DNA of 39,430 nt from a virus (IMGVR_UViG_3300024042_000045:1-39430), one strand, 5' to 3'. Counted from the first letter of the stretch, positions 7,530 through 17,097 are shown. Numbers and translations: made by a program. The notes: generated by a model from the sequence alone, not told the origin.

Positions 7530-7792
7530 TGCTGTCGCTCCTTCAGGCGCTTTTCGGCGAGCTGGCCGGCGAGCGTGAGGGAGAGCGACCGGCTCGCCTC
7601 GCGCGCCAGATGGCGGCGCACGAGCGCGTCGACGAGGGTGAGCGAGAAACGGTGCGGGCCGATCTCCCAAGTGGTGCCGGCCTTGCGGATGTGGCGGAAA
7701 TGGCCGATCGCCAGAACGGCCTCCTGCTGCCGGCGGGTGAGCACCTTGTGCGGTGCCAGCGCAGCGGGGTTTTCGGAGACAGAGCTTCTCAT
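7526..7792 (-). CDS. Hypothetical protein, possibly winged-helix DNA-binding
   Basis: ATGA overlaps at both ends; LTRRQQEAVLAI...LTLAG pattern. Confidence 0.65.
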   Translation of the reverse strand: MRSSVSENPAALAPHKVLTRRQQEAVLAIGHFRHIRKAGTTWEIGPHRFSLTLVDALVRRHLAREASRSLSLTLAGQLAEKRLKERQQ

Positions 7793-8115
7793 CGCCGCCC
7801 CGCCTTTCGCGTCATCTCCATATGATGGATCAACTGCTCCTCGACGATCGCTATGATGCCATCCTTGAGGATCTGATCACCGCTCGGCTTGCTCACCTGG
7901 GCGGCAACACTTCCGATCGTCTGGATGAAGACGATCGACATGGCCTGAACCACGATCATCGGATCGCCGTCGGGACGAACCACCTCGGCGTTGACCCAGG
8001 CGGACAGCTGCTCGACCCATCCGCTGATGGCGCAACGTGCCATCGTGCGCGTCAGATTGTGTTCGCTCGTGAGCGCGTCCTCGAGCGGTATGCCGGAATG
8101 GATGACCTTCGTCAT
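7789..8115 (-). CDS. Hypothetical early protein (108 aa)
   Basis: GGAGG RBS; ATGA overlaps. Confidence 0.7.
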   Translation of the reverse strand: MTKVIHSGIPLEDALTSEHNLTRTMARCAISGWVEQLSAWVNAEVVRPDGDPMIVVQAMSIVFIQTIGSVAAQVSKPSGDQILKDGIIAIVEEQLIHHMEMTRKAGRR

Positions 8116-8411
8116 GTGCGCCCTCCTGCGTAGCGCTGACGCATGCGGGCATTCTGGTTGGCGATCGCGAGCTGCAGAGGGGCAATCTCGCGCGGCCTGG
8201 TCGCCGGTACAGGCTCTTCCCTGGCGGCGCCGTCGGCGCCCTGTTCAAGCCAGCGCTCGAGCGCGCCCCGCGGCCAGGACCAGCCGACGGTGAGCTTGCG
8301 GGGCATGCCGCGCTCCATGTGCAGGCGCAGCCAGTTGCGCTTGATCCAGTCTTCCGAGCGGTCAAGCGCGGCGGCCAGCTCGGGCAGTTTGACAAGTTTT
8401 TCCGACAGCAT
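8112..8411 (-). CDS. Excisionase/AlpA-like HTH protein, first gene of the leftward operon
   Basis: LVKLPELAAALDRSEDWIKR...MPRK...WSWPRGALERWL resembles Xis/AlpA winged HTH; GGAG RBS. Confidence 0.65.
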   Translation of the reverse strand: MLSEKLVKLPELAAALDRSEDWIKRNWLRLHMERGMPRKLTVGWSWPRGALERWLEQGADGAAREEPVPATRPREIAPLQLAIANQNARMRQRYAGGRT

Positions 8412-8578
8412 GCCGATCTCCGATGCAAATCAGTTGCACCGGAAGGCTTGCGCAAAATTCACTCGAATTCAACTGTTATTTCATGAATTCATGTGAAAGG
8501 ATGCAAAATGGGATTTAACAAACCGATTGGGAGGGCTGAAAAATGTGAAGAAAAACGGGGATAGTTGCAGCGGCACAA
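8412..8578. promoter_or_regulatory. AT-rich pL/oL-like control region
   Basis: AT-rich intergenic DNA; TTTCATGAATT at 8479-8489 recurs at 9264-9274 on the other side of cI. Confidence 0.55.
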
Positions 8579-9199
8579 TTAAGCGGCGCGGCTCTCGCGG
8601 AAGGATGCAACCACCACTCCACGGATCACAACTCGGTCATTATCAATGAGGAGCGGCTTGATCAGATTGACCCTCATCGTGAGGGCAACGAGGAAAGGAT
8701 CCTCGAATATGCGGAAGACGGTCTCCGCATTGCCGAAGCGATCATAAACTTGGGCGCAGACAACGTCACCGGGCTCGGGTTTGGCATTCAGGTCGACTAG
8801 CAAGACGTCGCCTGGCATGTATCCGGCCCCGTCCAATGCTTTCGACCGCATTACCCACGGCTCTAGGCCGTTTCGAACGCCCTGCATGGCTTTAACTGCA
8901 CCGTCTACAACCGCTAGCGGCTCAGCTTCATAGCGCGAGCTTTCGACATCGGCGAGGCCTCGGGGCTTTACCGGGATTTCCGTGGAGAACGCCTTCAGCC
9001 CTGAAACTTGCTCGATCAACCGGACGGTCGCCGGACCAAGTTGCGCTTTGTTTTCAGGGTCGTTCAGGAACTTGGAGAAGGTCGAAGGGTGCTTGCCCGT
9101 ACGACGTGACAGCTCAGCTGCGTCCCAGCCTTTTACCTCCAGGACGAAGTGATACCAATCCAGATGCTGTCGGCGCACGTTTTCCACAACGCGAAACAT
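8579..9199 (-). CDS. cI: CI-like repressor (XRE HTH plus S24-like domain)
   Basis: HTH WDAAELSRRTGKHPSTFSKFL; C-terminal GYMPGDVLLVD...PGDVVCA...IRGVVV; divergent from a cro-like gene; start codon uncertain. Confidence 0.85.
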   Translation of the reverse strand: MFRVVENVRRQHLDWYHFVLEVKGWDAAELSRRTGKHPSTFSKFLNDPENKAQLGPATVRLIEQVSGLKAFSTEIPVKPRGLADVESSRYEAEPLAVVDGAVKAMQGVRNGLEPWVMRSKALDGAGYMPGDVLLVDLNAKPEPGDVVCAQVYDRFGNAETVFRIFEDPFLVALTMRVNLIKPLLIDNDRVVIRGVVVASFRESRAA

Positions 9200-9292
9200 A
9201 TGGTGGAGCCGCCCACTAGAAAATCGGAAGCGGCTCACTTGACGAATTGCCGCAAATCACTTCTTTCATGAATTATCCAACGAGGAAAGAGC

Positions 9293-9499
9293 GTGATGCG
9301 TCTCACATGGAAGACTGTGGACAACTGGCGCGAGAGCCGCGGCATCGAAGTCGCTGAACTCGCGCGCCGAGCCGGCATTCCCGAGCGGACAATCTATGCG
9401 GGGGTGCGGAACGATAGCCGTTTGCAGGCAGCCACGAAGACTGTCATCCGCTCGATTTTTCCGGACGAGTTTCAGCAAGCGGAGGGTGGCGAGCAATGA
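9293..9499 (+). CDS. cro: Cro-like HTH regulator
   Basis: VAELARRAGIPERTIY HTH; divergent from cI; GAGG RBS. Confidence 0.8.
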   Translation: MMRLTWKTVDNWRESRGIEVAELARRAGIPERTIYAGVRNDSRLQAATKTVIRSIFPDEFQQAEGGEQ

Positions 9500-9504
9500 C
9501 CTGG

Positions 9505-9741
9505 CTAGACGTCGCCCCGCTCTTTCGCGATGCGAAGGTATGCGCCGCCGTAGGCGAACGCGACGGGGGCCAGGACGCTGATCCAGTCGATCTTGATGCC
9601 CTGAACCAGTGTCGCGAAGAGACCAAGGGCAGTGAAGCCGGCCCACAGGTGGGCGCCGCTGTACCGCCAGGAGCCTGCAAAGCCGATGACGGCCGCAATG
9701 CCGCAGGCAATCAGCAATCCGACGACGTGACCTGTGCTCAT
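9505..9741 (-). CDS. Small multi-pass membrane protein encoded antisense to the rightward early operon
   Basis: Strong SD GAGGAGGT 4 nt before ATG; about three hydrophobic segments. Confidence 0.6.
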   Translation of the reverse strand: MSTGHVVGLLIACGIAAVIGFAGSWRYSGAHLWAGFTALGLFATLVQGIKIDWISVLAPVAFAYGGAYLRIAKERGDV

Positions 9742-9821
9742 GCCTACCTCCTCATGCCGAAGATGTCATCCAAAGCAGGAGTGACCGCAATGAACAAGCT
9801 CAAATGCGACGAGGTGAAATC

Positions 9822-10211
9822 ATGATTGCCCGTCTTCGCGCATTCTTCTCCCGTTCTCGACGCCGGGCGCCGCCTCGGGAGATCATCCTGCCGCCGTTCC
9901 ATCCGATCATCTTCGCCAATGGCCGCGACGATGACGGGCCGGGCATCAAGGCCTTCTACGAGGGACGGCCCGTCATCTGCCAGGGGCGGGAGATCGGCCC
10001 AGGCGACAATGTCCTCGAGGGGCTTCGCCTCTCGGTCTCCTGCGCGCTGATAGAGTTTCGCCGTGATGGCGCCGTCGTCGAGGTGATCGGATATCCGGGT
10101 CGCGGGCGGGCGGCCGGACGAGGGGGCATTCTCGTCATAGACGTGCAGCCTGGCACCAGGCGCCTGATGAGCCATTGCACGCTGCTCTTCGGGCTGAGGG
10201 TCGAACCATGA
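9822..10211 (+). CDS. Hypothetical protein
   Basis: GAGGTG RBS; ATGA overlap with the next gene. Confidence 0.6.
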   Translation: MIARLRAFFSRSRRRAPPREIILPPFHPIIFANGRDDDGPGIKAFYEGRPVICQGREIGPGDNVLEGLRLSVSCALIEFRRDGAVVEVIGYPGRGRAAGRGGILVIDVQPGTRRLMSHCTLLFGLRVEP

Positions 10212-10540
10212 AGAAGGTCGACCCAGCCGAGCTGAAACGCCTGCGGACGCTGATCCTGGAGAGGGTCAATGCCGTGCCGCCGATGGCCGTGCATTCCGGC
10301 CAATCCCGTGACTTCAAAGCGGAGATGGAAGAGCGCGATCGCTGGCAACGCGCCATGGACGCGATCGTCACCGAGCTCGTCGAGAAAGAAGGTGCGAAGA
10401 TCGCGCGCAGCGCCTTCGACGGCCAGACGATGACGCTCGCCGGGATCCGCTGCAGCTGCACCCATGGCTCTTCCGGCCTGCTCGCCAACTGGCGCGCCGG
10501 GGCGCTCCGCCGCCTTGAAGCGATGGGGGAAATGCCGTGA
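10208..10540 (+). CDS. Hypothetical protein
   Basis: GAGGG RBS; coupled overlaps at both ends. Confidence 0.65.
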   Translation: MKKVDPAELKRLRTLILERVNAVPPMAVHSGQSRDFKAEMEERDRWQRAMDAIVTELVEKEGAKIARSAFDGQTMTLAGIRCSCTHGSSGLLANWRAGALRRLEAMGEMP

Positions 10541-11001
10541 ACGATCTTCCCAAACATGCCCTTTCTATCATGCAGCCATGGGCCTGGCTGATCGTCAACG
10601 GCCACAAAGATATCGAGAACCGCGACTGGCCGACCAAGTTTCGCGGGCCGATCGCGATCCACGCGGGCAAAAAGCTGGACGAGGATTGCGCGATGTCGCT
10701 GACGTATAGCGATGGTGCGCACCACCCGGTAACGGGCGAGAACATGACGATTGATACCGGGCAGCGGCTTATTCATAGCGACGATGAATGGGACACCTTC
10801 AGCGCACCAGCCTGGGCCGACAAGCGCGGTGGCATCGTCGGTGTGGCCGAGATCGTCGATTGCGTCGATGCCAGCGACAGCCCGTGGTTCGTCGGCCGGT
10901 ATGGCTTCATCATCCGCAACGCGCGGCCCGTCGATTTCATTCCGGTAAGAGGGGCGCTCGGTTTCTTCGACTGGCGGCGCAACATCGAGGTGCACCCATG
11001 A
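10537..11001 (+). CDS. ASCH domain protein
   Basis: ALSIMQPWAWLIVNGHKDIENRDW..RGPIAIHAGK signature; C-terminal RGALGFF. Confidence 0.9.
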   Translation: MNDLPKHALSIMQPWAWLIVNGHKDIENRDWPTKFRGPIAIHAGKKLDEDCAMSLTYSDGAHHPVTGENMTIDTGQRLIHSDDEWDTFSAPAWADKRGGIVGVAEIVDCVDASDSPWFVGRYGFIIRNARPVDFIPVRGALGFFDWRRNIEVHP

Positions 11002-11294
11002 GCCGCTATCTCGCCATCCACAGCGGCTGCGAGATCTCGCGCGATCCCGCGCAGAACACGGCCAACCATCAGGCGATGGTCGACGAGCTCAACGCACTGA
11101 TCGAGGCCGACGGCTGGGAGGGTGCGAAGGTCGTCGCCTTCTCGAGCAGCAGCCGCTTTACCAGCGTCGGCATCGAGCCCGGGCCAGCGCCACTCACTCT
11201 GGAATATCTGCGGCGGATGAAAGAGGCCGCAAAGGAAGAACCGAGCGAACCCGCGCGGCCGGTCCTGGTCGCCAAGCAAGGGAGACTGTTGTGA
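10998..11294 (+). CDS. Hypothetical protein
   Basis: GAGGTG RBS; ATGA overlap. Confidence 0.6.
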   Translation: MSRYLAIHSGCEISRDPAQNTANHQAMVDELNALIEADGWEGAKVVAFSSSSRFTSVGIEPGPAPLTLEYLRRMKEAAKEEPSEPARPVLVAKQGRLL

Positions 11295-12106
11295 TGCAGA
11301 CTGCCGCCATCAACATGAATACCGGGGAGCTTCCGGAGCTCGCCTGGGTCGAGCTCGACAGGATCTTCGTCGATGCGAGCTATCAGCGGCCGATCAAGCC
11401 GAGGCGCGTGCAGCAGATCCTGCGCGATTTCACCTGGGCGCAGTTCGGCGCTCTGATGCTGGTGGCTCGGGAGGACGGGCGCTTCGCCGTCTATGACGGG
11501 CAGCATCGTTTCGAGGCCGCCTGCCAGCATCCGGCCATCACGGCCGTGCCGGCCGCGATCGTCGTTCTCGACCAGGCCTACGAGGAGGCGCAGAGCTTCC
11601 TCGGCGTCAACGTCAACCGCAGCGCGATCTCGACGGTCGAGAAATACTGGGCCGGCATCGAGGCCGGCGACGATCTCATGATGCAGATATGCTCCGTGCT
11701 CGACGAGGCCGGCTGCGAGGTGGTGCCGCCGGGCACGAAATCGGCGGCGCCCGGCCGGACGAGCGCGATCACAGCGATCGAGCGGGCGATCAAGGCCTAC
11801 GGCGACACGGCCGTGACGCAGGCCTGCAAGGCGCTCCGCGAGGCCTGGCCGAAGGACGCCGGCGCGCTGAACGGTACGATGATCCAGGCGCTCGCCCGGC
11901 TCTACCGCAACAACAGGCGGGCGATCGACCATCAGCGCATGGTGACGAAGCTGCACGGCAAGGACCGGAAGATCCTCGTGGCCGATGGCGAGACGTTCCG
12001 GAAAATGGGGGGGGGCGACGCGGCGCTGAACATCGCGAAGGTTCTGGTCGAGGTCTACAACAAGGGCCTGCAGAAGGACCTCATATCCCTCGGCGTGAAG
12101 GCGTGA
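11294..12106 (+). CDS. ParB/Srx-like (DGQHR motif, DUF6551-like) protein
   Basis: VDASYQR...FAVYDGQHR...EEAQSFLGVN. Confidence 0.75.
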   Translation: MQTAAINMNTGELPELAWVELDRIFVDASYQRPIKPRRVQQILRDFTWAQFGALMLVAREDGRFAVYDGQHRFEAACQHPAITAVPAAIVVLDQAYEEAQSFLGVNVNRSAISTVEKYWAGIEAGDDLMMQICSVLDEAGCEVVPPGTKSAAPGRTSAITAIERAIKAYGDTAVTQACKALREAWPKDAGALNGTMIQALARLYRNNRRAIDHQRMVTKLHGKDRKILVADGETFRKMGGGDAALNIAKVLVEVYNKGLQKDLISLGVKA

Positions 12107-12116
12107 GGGCGGCGGC

Positions 12117-12467
12117 ATGAACGAGCTCCTTCCCATCATCGCCGAGCTGGCGTCGGCAAAGACCCATCTGCAGCGGGCAGAGTGGCTGCTTTCCTGCCCG
12201 ATAGTCTACCTGCGCCAATACGACATGACGATCCGGAACCGGCTCTACCATGCAGGCTTCCGGATCGGCATCGCCTACCTCGACGACATGTATGTCCACA
12301 TGTCGGCGACCAGGTGCCGCGAGACCGGTTCGTTTCGCCAGGAGACGCAGGAAGCCATCGCCGCGCTCGGCAGCATCATGCTCATCGCCGCCCGGCGCAT
12401 GGACGCCGAGACGGCAGAGGCGAACGCGGATCGGCCCGTCGCCGATCATTCCATAACCGATTTGTAG
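12117..12467 (+). CDS. Hypothetical protein
   Basis: GAGGG RBS; in operon context. Confidence 0.6.
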   Translation: MNELLPIIAELASAKTHLQRAEWLLSCPIVYLRQYDMTIRNRLYHAGFRIGIAYLDDMYVHMSATRCRETGSFRQETQEAIAALGSIMLIAARRMDAETAEANADRPVADHSITDL

Positions 12468-12525
12468 TGCGTGCCCGCCGGCTTGGTCCGTTGTGCCGGC
12501 GGGATCGAAAACCCCTGAAATTTGC

Positions 12526-12792
12526 ATGAGACAGATGAAGAAGCAGCGGACCCCATACCGGCCCGACCAGGCGCAGGCCCTCGATCGCATCGAGGCAAAG
12601 CGCTTGCGCCTCGGCATCGAGCACCAGGAGCTGGCCTCGGCGGCGGGCATCGCGCTTGCCACCTATCGCCGGATCCGGCGCCGCGGGCGCGCCTCGCTCG
12701 CCCAGGTGAATAACCTGCGCTTCGCCCTGCGCACGATCGCGCAGAAGCGGCGGGCCGGCGAGATGATGTTCGAGGGCCGCGCCGATGACTGA
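12526..12792 (+). CDS. XRE-family HTH protein
   Basis: RLRLGIEHQELASAAGIALATYRRI; start uncertain (12526 or 12535). Confidence 0.65.
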   Translation: MRQMKKQRTPYRPDQAQALDRIEAKRLRLGIEHQELASAAGIALATYRRIRRRGRASLAQVNNLRFALRTIAQKRRAGEMMFEGRADD

Positions 12793-13057
12793 CGAGATCG
12801 GCCGCGCAGCGCGCATCGCCCTCAAGGGCATCCGGCTTGCCCTCAGCCAATCGCAGATCCGCATCGCCGATCGGCGGTCGGTCGAGATCTACCTGCTGGT
12901 CACGGCCTGCGGCGTCAACGGCGCGATGGCGGCCGAGGTGTGCGGCTGCACGAAACAGAACGTCTCGAAGCTGCTGCGCTCGGTTGAGGAGCGGCGCGAG
13001 GTCGGCGGCTACGACCAGGCTCTTTCCGCCCTTGAGGCGGCCATCATGGGGATGTGA
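12785..13057 (+). CDS. HTH DNA-binding protein
   Basis: GAMAAEVCGCTKQNVSKLLRSVEERR HTH. Confidence 0.65.
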   Translation: MTDEIGRAARIALKGIRLALSQSQIRIADRRSVEIYLLVTACGVNGAMAAEVCGCTKQNVSKLLRSVEERREVGGYDQALSALEAAIMGM

Positions 13058-13060
13058 AAC

Positions 13061-14137
13061 ATGAGCCGTTTTTCCGTCGCGAAAGATCATGTCGTCGGCA
13101 GCATCGAGAGCATCCTTGCCGACCTCTACGGCGCGAAGAAGGCGTTCAAAGGCAAGAACCTGTGGAACGTCGTCAACAAGTGGCGCCCCGGCGCGAAGGA
13201 AAGCCAGATGGTCGTCTGGCTGACCGGGGCGCGGCGCGGCGGTTGGAAGGATTTCGTTTCCGGAGAAACCGGCGATGCCATCGACCTCGTGGCGCTGGCG
13301 CTCAAGGGCGCGGTCGACGCCGACACGCGCATGGTGGCGGTCGAATGGATCGAGGACCGTTTCGGCATCCGGAACATGCCACGCGAACAGCGCGAGCAAC
13401 TCGCCGCCGAGGCGCGCACGCGCAAGGTCGCCGAGGAGGCCAAGGACGATCGCGCCCACAAGGCGCAGGTCGATCGCGCCCGGAAATTCTTCTATGCCTG
13501 CTGCCCGACCGTGATCGGCACGCCGGCGGCCGTCTATCTTGCCGCCCGTCATGCTCCCATCGAGAAGGTGCCGCATCTCGGCCGCTCGCTGCGCTATCGC
13601 CGTGACTGCGAATATTGGCGCCTGCCGGGCAGGCCGAAGATGCCGGCGATGATTGCCGCCATGGTCGACGTCGGCGGCAGGATCGGCGCCTGCCACTACA
13701 CTTTCCTGCGGCCTGACGGGTCCGACAAGGCGGAGGTCGAGAAGGCGAAGATGATGTACCCGGCCACGTCCGGGCTCGTCATCCGCCTGACCAACGGCTC
13801 GAGCGGTCTTTCCGCCGAGGATGCGGCCGCCCAGGGCGTGACGGGCCTCTGCGGATTGGTCGAAGGCATCGAGGACGGGCTTTCCGCCGCGATCGCCGAG
13901 CCCGAGCTGCGCATGTGGTCGTGCGGCAGTCTTTCTGGCTTTCGCACCGTACCCGATCACCCGGCCGTCAACGGATGGATCGTCTTCAAGGACAACGACT
14001 GGGGCAAGCGCCAGGCACAGGAGCAATTCGACCTGGCGATCGCCCGTCTCAAGAGCTTCAGGAAGCCGGTCGAGATCGTCTCGATGCCGGCCGACTGGGG
14101 GAAGGATGTCAACGACGCGATAAGGAGCGGATGGTGA
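13061..14137 (+). CDS. Phage primase (Toprim domain)
   Basis: WKDFVSGETGDAIDL N-domain; YLAAR; CHYTFL; VEGIEDGLS and DND Toprim motifs; KDVND. Confidence 0.8.
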   Translation: MSRFSVAKDHVVGSIESILADLYGAKKAFKGKNLWNVVNKWRPGAKESQMVVWLTGARRGGWKDFVSGETGDAIDLVALALKGAVDADTRMVAVEWIEDRFGIRNMPREQREQLAAEARTRKVAEEAKDDRAHKAQVDRARKFFYACCPTVIGTPAAVYLAARHAPIEKVPHLGRSLRYRRDCEYWRLPGRPKMPAMIAAMVDVGGRIGACHYTFLRPDGSDKAEVEKAKMMYPATSGLVIRLTNGSSGLSAEDAAAQGVTGLCGLVEGIEDGLSAAIAEPELRMWSCGSLSGFRTVPDHPAVNGWIVFKDNDWGKRQAQEQFDLAIARLKSFRKPVEIVSMPADWGKDVNDAIRSGW

Positions 14138-15045
14138 TGAACATTCTGGATTTGAAAGCGGCGGATCTCGGCGGGGCGATCGCACACGTGGCTGCGTCGC
14201 AGCTTTTCCTTGCCATGACGGAAGACGAAGAGAACGATTTCGGGCCGCGCACCTGGTTCGGGAGCGACCCCGACGACGAGGACGGCGTCGAGAAGGACGT
14301 GCTCGACATGGCGCGCTATGTCAACGGGCGGGACATTCCGGCCGGGCAGCTCTGGCGCTGGGCCGCCATGAACGGGATCGTGGTCAACGAAGGCAGGGAT
14401 TATCCGGCCGTGCCGCTCGCCAGGCGGCTCGCTTTCGAAATCTTCACGGATACCTGCATGCGGACGCATCACCGCCTCGAGCTCGCACAGCTCGACGCGC
14501 GCAAGCTGATCCCGCTCGGCGACGCGTCGCCGGCGCCGACCCTGAAGCTCGAGGACAGCATCTTCGAGCAACACGGCTCGCTCTCCGACCAGGAGGCCTA
14601 CCAGAAGCAATGGCTGAGGGACCAGGAGGCGGCGGACGCGCGCCGTCTCGAGGAGGAGGTCGCCCGGCAGGAGGCCGCCTCTGCGCTCACGCAATCAGTC
14701 GGCGCGCCGATCGACGAAACCGAAACGGAAAAGCCGGCAGCGCTCAGCGCCGGTCAGAGGGAGGAGAAGAATAATGCGCAAGAAGCTGCAGACGCGGGAC
14801 AGGAAGCGGGCGATACGCCGCCAGCGGATCCGGGCGCACAGGGCTCGGTATCTGAACTGGCTGGCGACGGAGGTGCTCAGCCGGACGAGCCAGCTCACGC
14901 CGGCGTGGCGCCGGCATCGGAAGGGAACGCTGATGCGGTGGCGGATCCGCTGGCAGATGCGGAAGCCGGCGCTCGTCGTGTCGATCCTGTCGCAGACGGC
15001 GTGAAAAGCGGGAAGAAGTCCGCAAAGGGCAAACCCGCCACCTGA
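14137..15045 (+). CDS. Hypothetical protein with acidic, disordered C-terminus
   Basis: AAGGAG RBS; long ORF between primase and helicase. Confidence 0.65.
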   Translation: MNILDLKAADLGGAIAHVAASQLFLAMTEDEENDFGPRTWFGSDPDDEDGVEKDVLDMARYVNGRDIPAGQLWRWAAMNGIVVNEGRDYPAVPLARRLAFEIFTDTCMRTHHRLELAQLDARKLIPLGDASPAPTLKLEDSIFEQHGSLSDQEAYQKQWLRDQEAADARRLEEEVARQEAASALTQSVGAPIDETETEKPAALSAGQREEKNNAQEAADAGQEAGDTPPADPGAQGSVSELAGDGGAQPDEPAHAGVAPASEGNADAVADPLADAEAGARRVDPVADGVKSGKKSAKGKPAT

Positions 15046-15065
15046 AAATGAGCGCTCAATTGTCA

Positions 15066-15116
15066 ACCGGAAGGCGGGTTTTCGACCCGTCTCCCGGTCA
15101 TTCGGAAAATTTTTTT
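15066..15116 (+). terminator. Hairpin with downstream T-run, possible terminator/attenuator before the helicase
   Basis: ACCGG.AGGCGGGT-TTTCG-ACCCGTCT.CCGGT, then AAAATTTTTTT. Confidence 0.35.
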
Positions 15117-15117
15117 G

Positions 15118-16974
15118 ATGACAGACGATAAGGACGCCGGCGCGCGCAAGGTCGGAGGCGTAATCCGCAGCGCCAAGCAGAGGGCAAAGCGCCAGATCGC
15201 GGCGCAGGAGACCGAATATCCTGCGCGCGGCAAGCCGCTCGACGGCCTGAAGCCGGGCGAGTGGTTAGAGGCGGCCGTCTTCGATGAAACTGGTCATCTG
15301 CCGTACAACTGCCCCGTCCGGCCGCTCGGCTATGACGGCGAGGACTACTATTTCGTCGACACGATGGGCCAGGTGTTCAATACGGGCACGGCCTCGATGG
15401 GCGTCGAGCGCCTGCAGAAGCTTTTTGCCGGGCATGAACCATGGCTCGACTGGGCCTTCCCGAGCTTCGACAACAAGGGGCGGGTGACCGGCTTCAAATC
15501 CGAAATGGTGCGCCGTGCGCTCTACGCCGCCTGCAGGGAACGTGGCGCCTGGTCGCCGACCGACATGGTGCGCGGCCGCGGAGCCTGGCGCGATCCCCAG
15601 GGTGGGTTGATCCTCCATTGCGGCGATCACATGTGGATCAACGGGGAGATGCTGGACACGGGAGAATACGGCGACCACCTGTATGTGCGGCGACCGCGCT
15701 CTATGTCGCCCTGGCCGGATCCCGTTCTTGCGGAGGATAATCCGGCGCCGCGGCTCGTCGAGATCCTGCGCACCTGGAACATGGGACGCGGCGACGTCGA
15801 CGCGGTGCTGCTGCTAGGGTCGATCGGTGTTGCCATGCTCGGTGGCGCGCTCTCCTGGCGGCCGTCACTCATGATCGTCGGCGATGCCGGCGTGGGCAAA
15901 TCGGAACTCACCGGCAAGGATGGCGTGCTGAAGACCGTCCTCGGGCGCATGATGGTCTCGACGACCAATGCGACCGAGGCCGGCCTTTATCAGCTGGTCG
16001 GCCATGACAGCGTGCCGATCGCCATCGACGAGCTCGAGGGCGAAGACGGCATCGACCAGGCGCAGAAGGTCATCAAGATGGCGCGCGATGCAGCCAGCGG
16101 ATCCGTGCGCATCCGCGGCGGCCAGAACCACAAGGGCGTCGAGTTCCAGGCACAATCCACCTTCTTCTTTTCCGGTATCAATCCGCCGCCGATGCCGCCG
16201 GCATCGCTGACACGCCTTGCCATCGTCGAGCTGCATCCGCTCAGCGCATCCAGCAATAAACCGCCGACGCTCGAGGCGGCCGAGACCGTGGGCCCGAGGC
16301 TTCTGCGCATCCTCGTAGATCGCTGGAAGGAATTTCAAGAACATCTTGATGAGTTTGCGAATATCCTGCGCGACCACGGGCACGATAGCCGCGGGCAGAA
16401 GACGTTTGGCACGTTCCTGGCGGCCGCCCACATCATGCTGGGGAAAGAGGGCTGCAAACGCCTCGGTCTGCCCGAGGACGATCTATACAGGTGGGGTGAG
16501 TGGCTGGCGGCTGACAAGGTGCTCGAGCTCGAGGGCAAAGCACCCACCTGGGAACAGGCTCTGACTGCAATCCAGACCAGCGTGATCGAGAACTATTCAG
16601 GCGGGGCGCGACGCACTGTTGCGCACGAGCTCGAGCAGCTTAAGACGAGGGATGGCGCCAGCCTGCACGACCTGCGCGAGCGCCTTGCGCTGATCGACAT
16701 CGGCCTCGTCGATGATCCGAAGCACCGCGGTCATTTCATGCTCGCCATACCGAACCAGAGCCGCGTGCTGGCGAAGGCGCTTAACGGGACACCATTCTCC
16801 GATGGTCGCGAAGGGAACTGGCACTACGCCCTCAGGCGTGGCGACCCGAACGTCGTCATGACGAAGATCGAGCTGAAACCGGGCCTCTTCGACAACCGCG
16901 TGACTATCGCCGGCCGGCAGACGCGGTGCTGCTTCATCTCCCTCTACGAGTATACGCGATGGCTTGCACGATGA
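15118..16974 (+). CDS. P-loop NTPase, probable replicative helicase / origin-binding protein
   Basis: Walker A GDAGVGKS, Walker B IAIDE; between primase and iteron cluster. Confidence 0.75.
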   Translation: MTDDKDAGARKVGGVIRSAKQRAKRQIAAQETEYPARGKPLDGLKPGEWLEAAVFDETGHLPYNCPVRPLGYDGEDYYFVDTMGQVFNTGTASMGVERLQKLFAGHEPWLDWAFPSFDNKGRVTGFKSEMVRRALYAACRERGAWSPTDMVRGRGAWRDPQGGLILHCGDHMWINGEMLDTGEYGDHLYVRRPRSMSPWPDPVLAEDNPAPRLVEILRTWNMGRGDVDAVLLLGSIGVAMLGGALSWRPSLMIVGDAGVGKSELTGKDGVLKTVLGRMMVSTTNATEAGLYQLVGHDSVPIAIDELEGEDGIDQAQKVIKMARDAASGSVRIRGGQNHKGVEFQAQSTFFFSGINPPPMPPASLTRLAIVELHPLSASSNKPPTLEAAETVGPRLLRILVDRWKEFQEHLDEFANILRDHGHDSRGQKTFGTFLAAAHIMLGKEGCKRLGLPEDDLYRWGEWLAADKVLELEGKAPTWEQALTAIQTSVIENYSGGARRTVAHELEQLKTRDGASLHDLRERLALIDIGLVDDPKHRGHFMLAIPNQSRVLAKALNGTPFSDGREGNWHYALRRGDPNVVMTKIELKPGLFDNRVTIAGRQTRCCFISLYEYTRWLAR

Positions 16975-17070
16975 GCGCCGCAACCTGCGGCAGCAGAGGG
17001 CCGCCATTTTGCGTGATTTCTGGCGGCAAAACCCGGACCCCGACCCTTTGGCGTGCTCGAAACGGCGCGG

Positions 17071-17097
17071 TTGACGGTTTTTGCCCTCGTGTAGCGT
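17071..17097 (+). promoter_or_regulatory. Putative late promoter motif, copy 1
   Basis: TTGACG-N15-TAGCGT upstream of the origin and terS. Confidence 0.45.
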
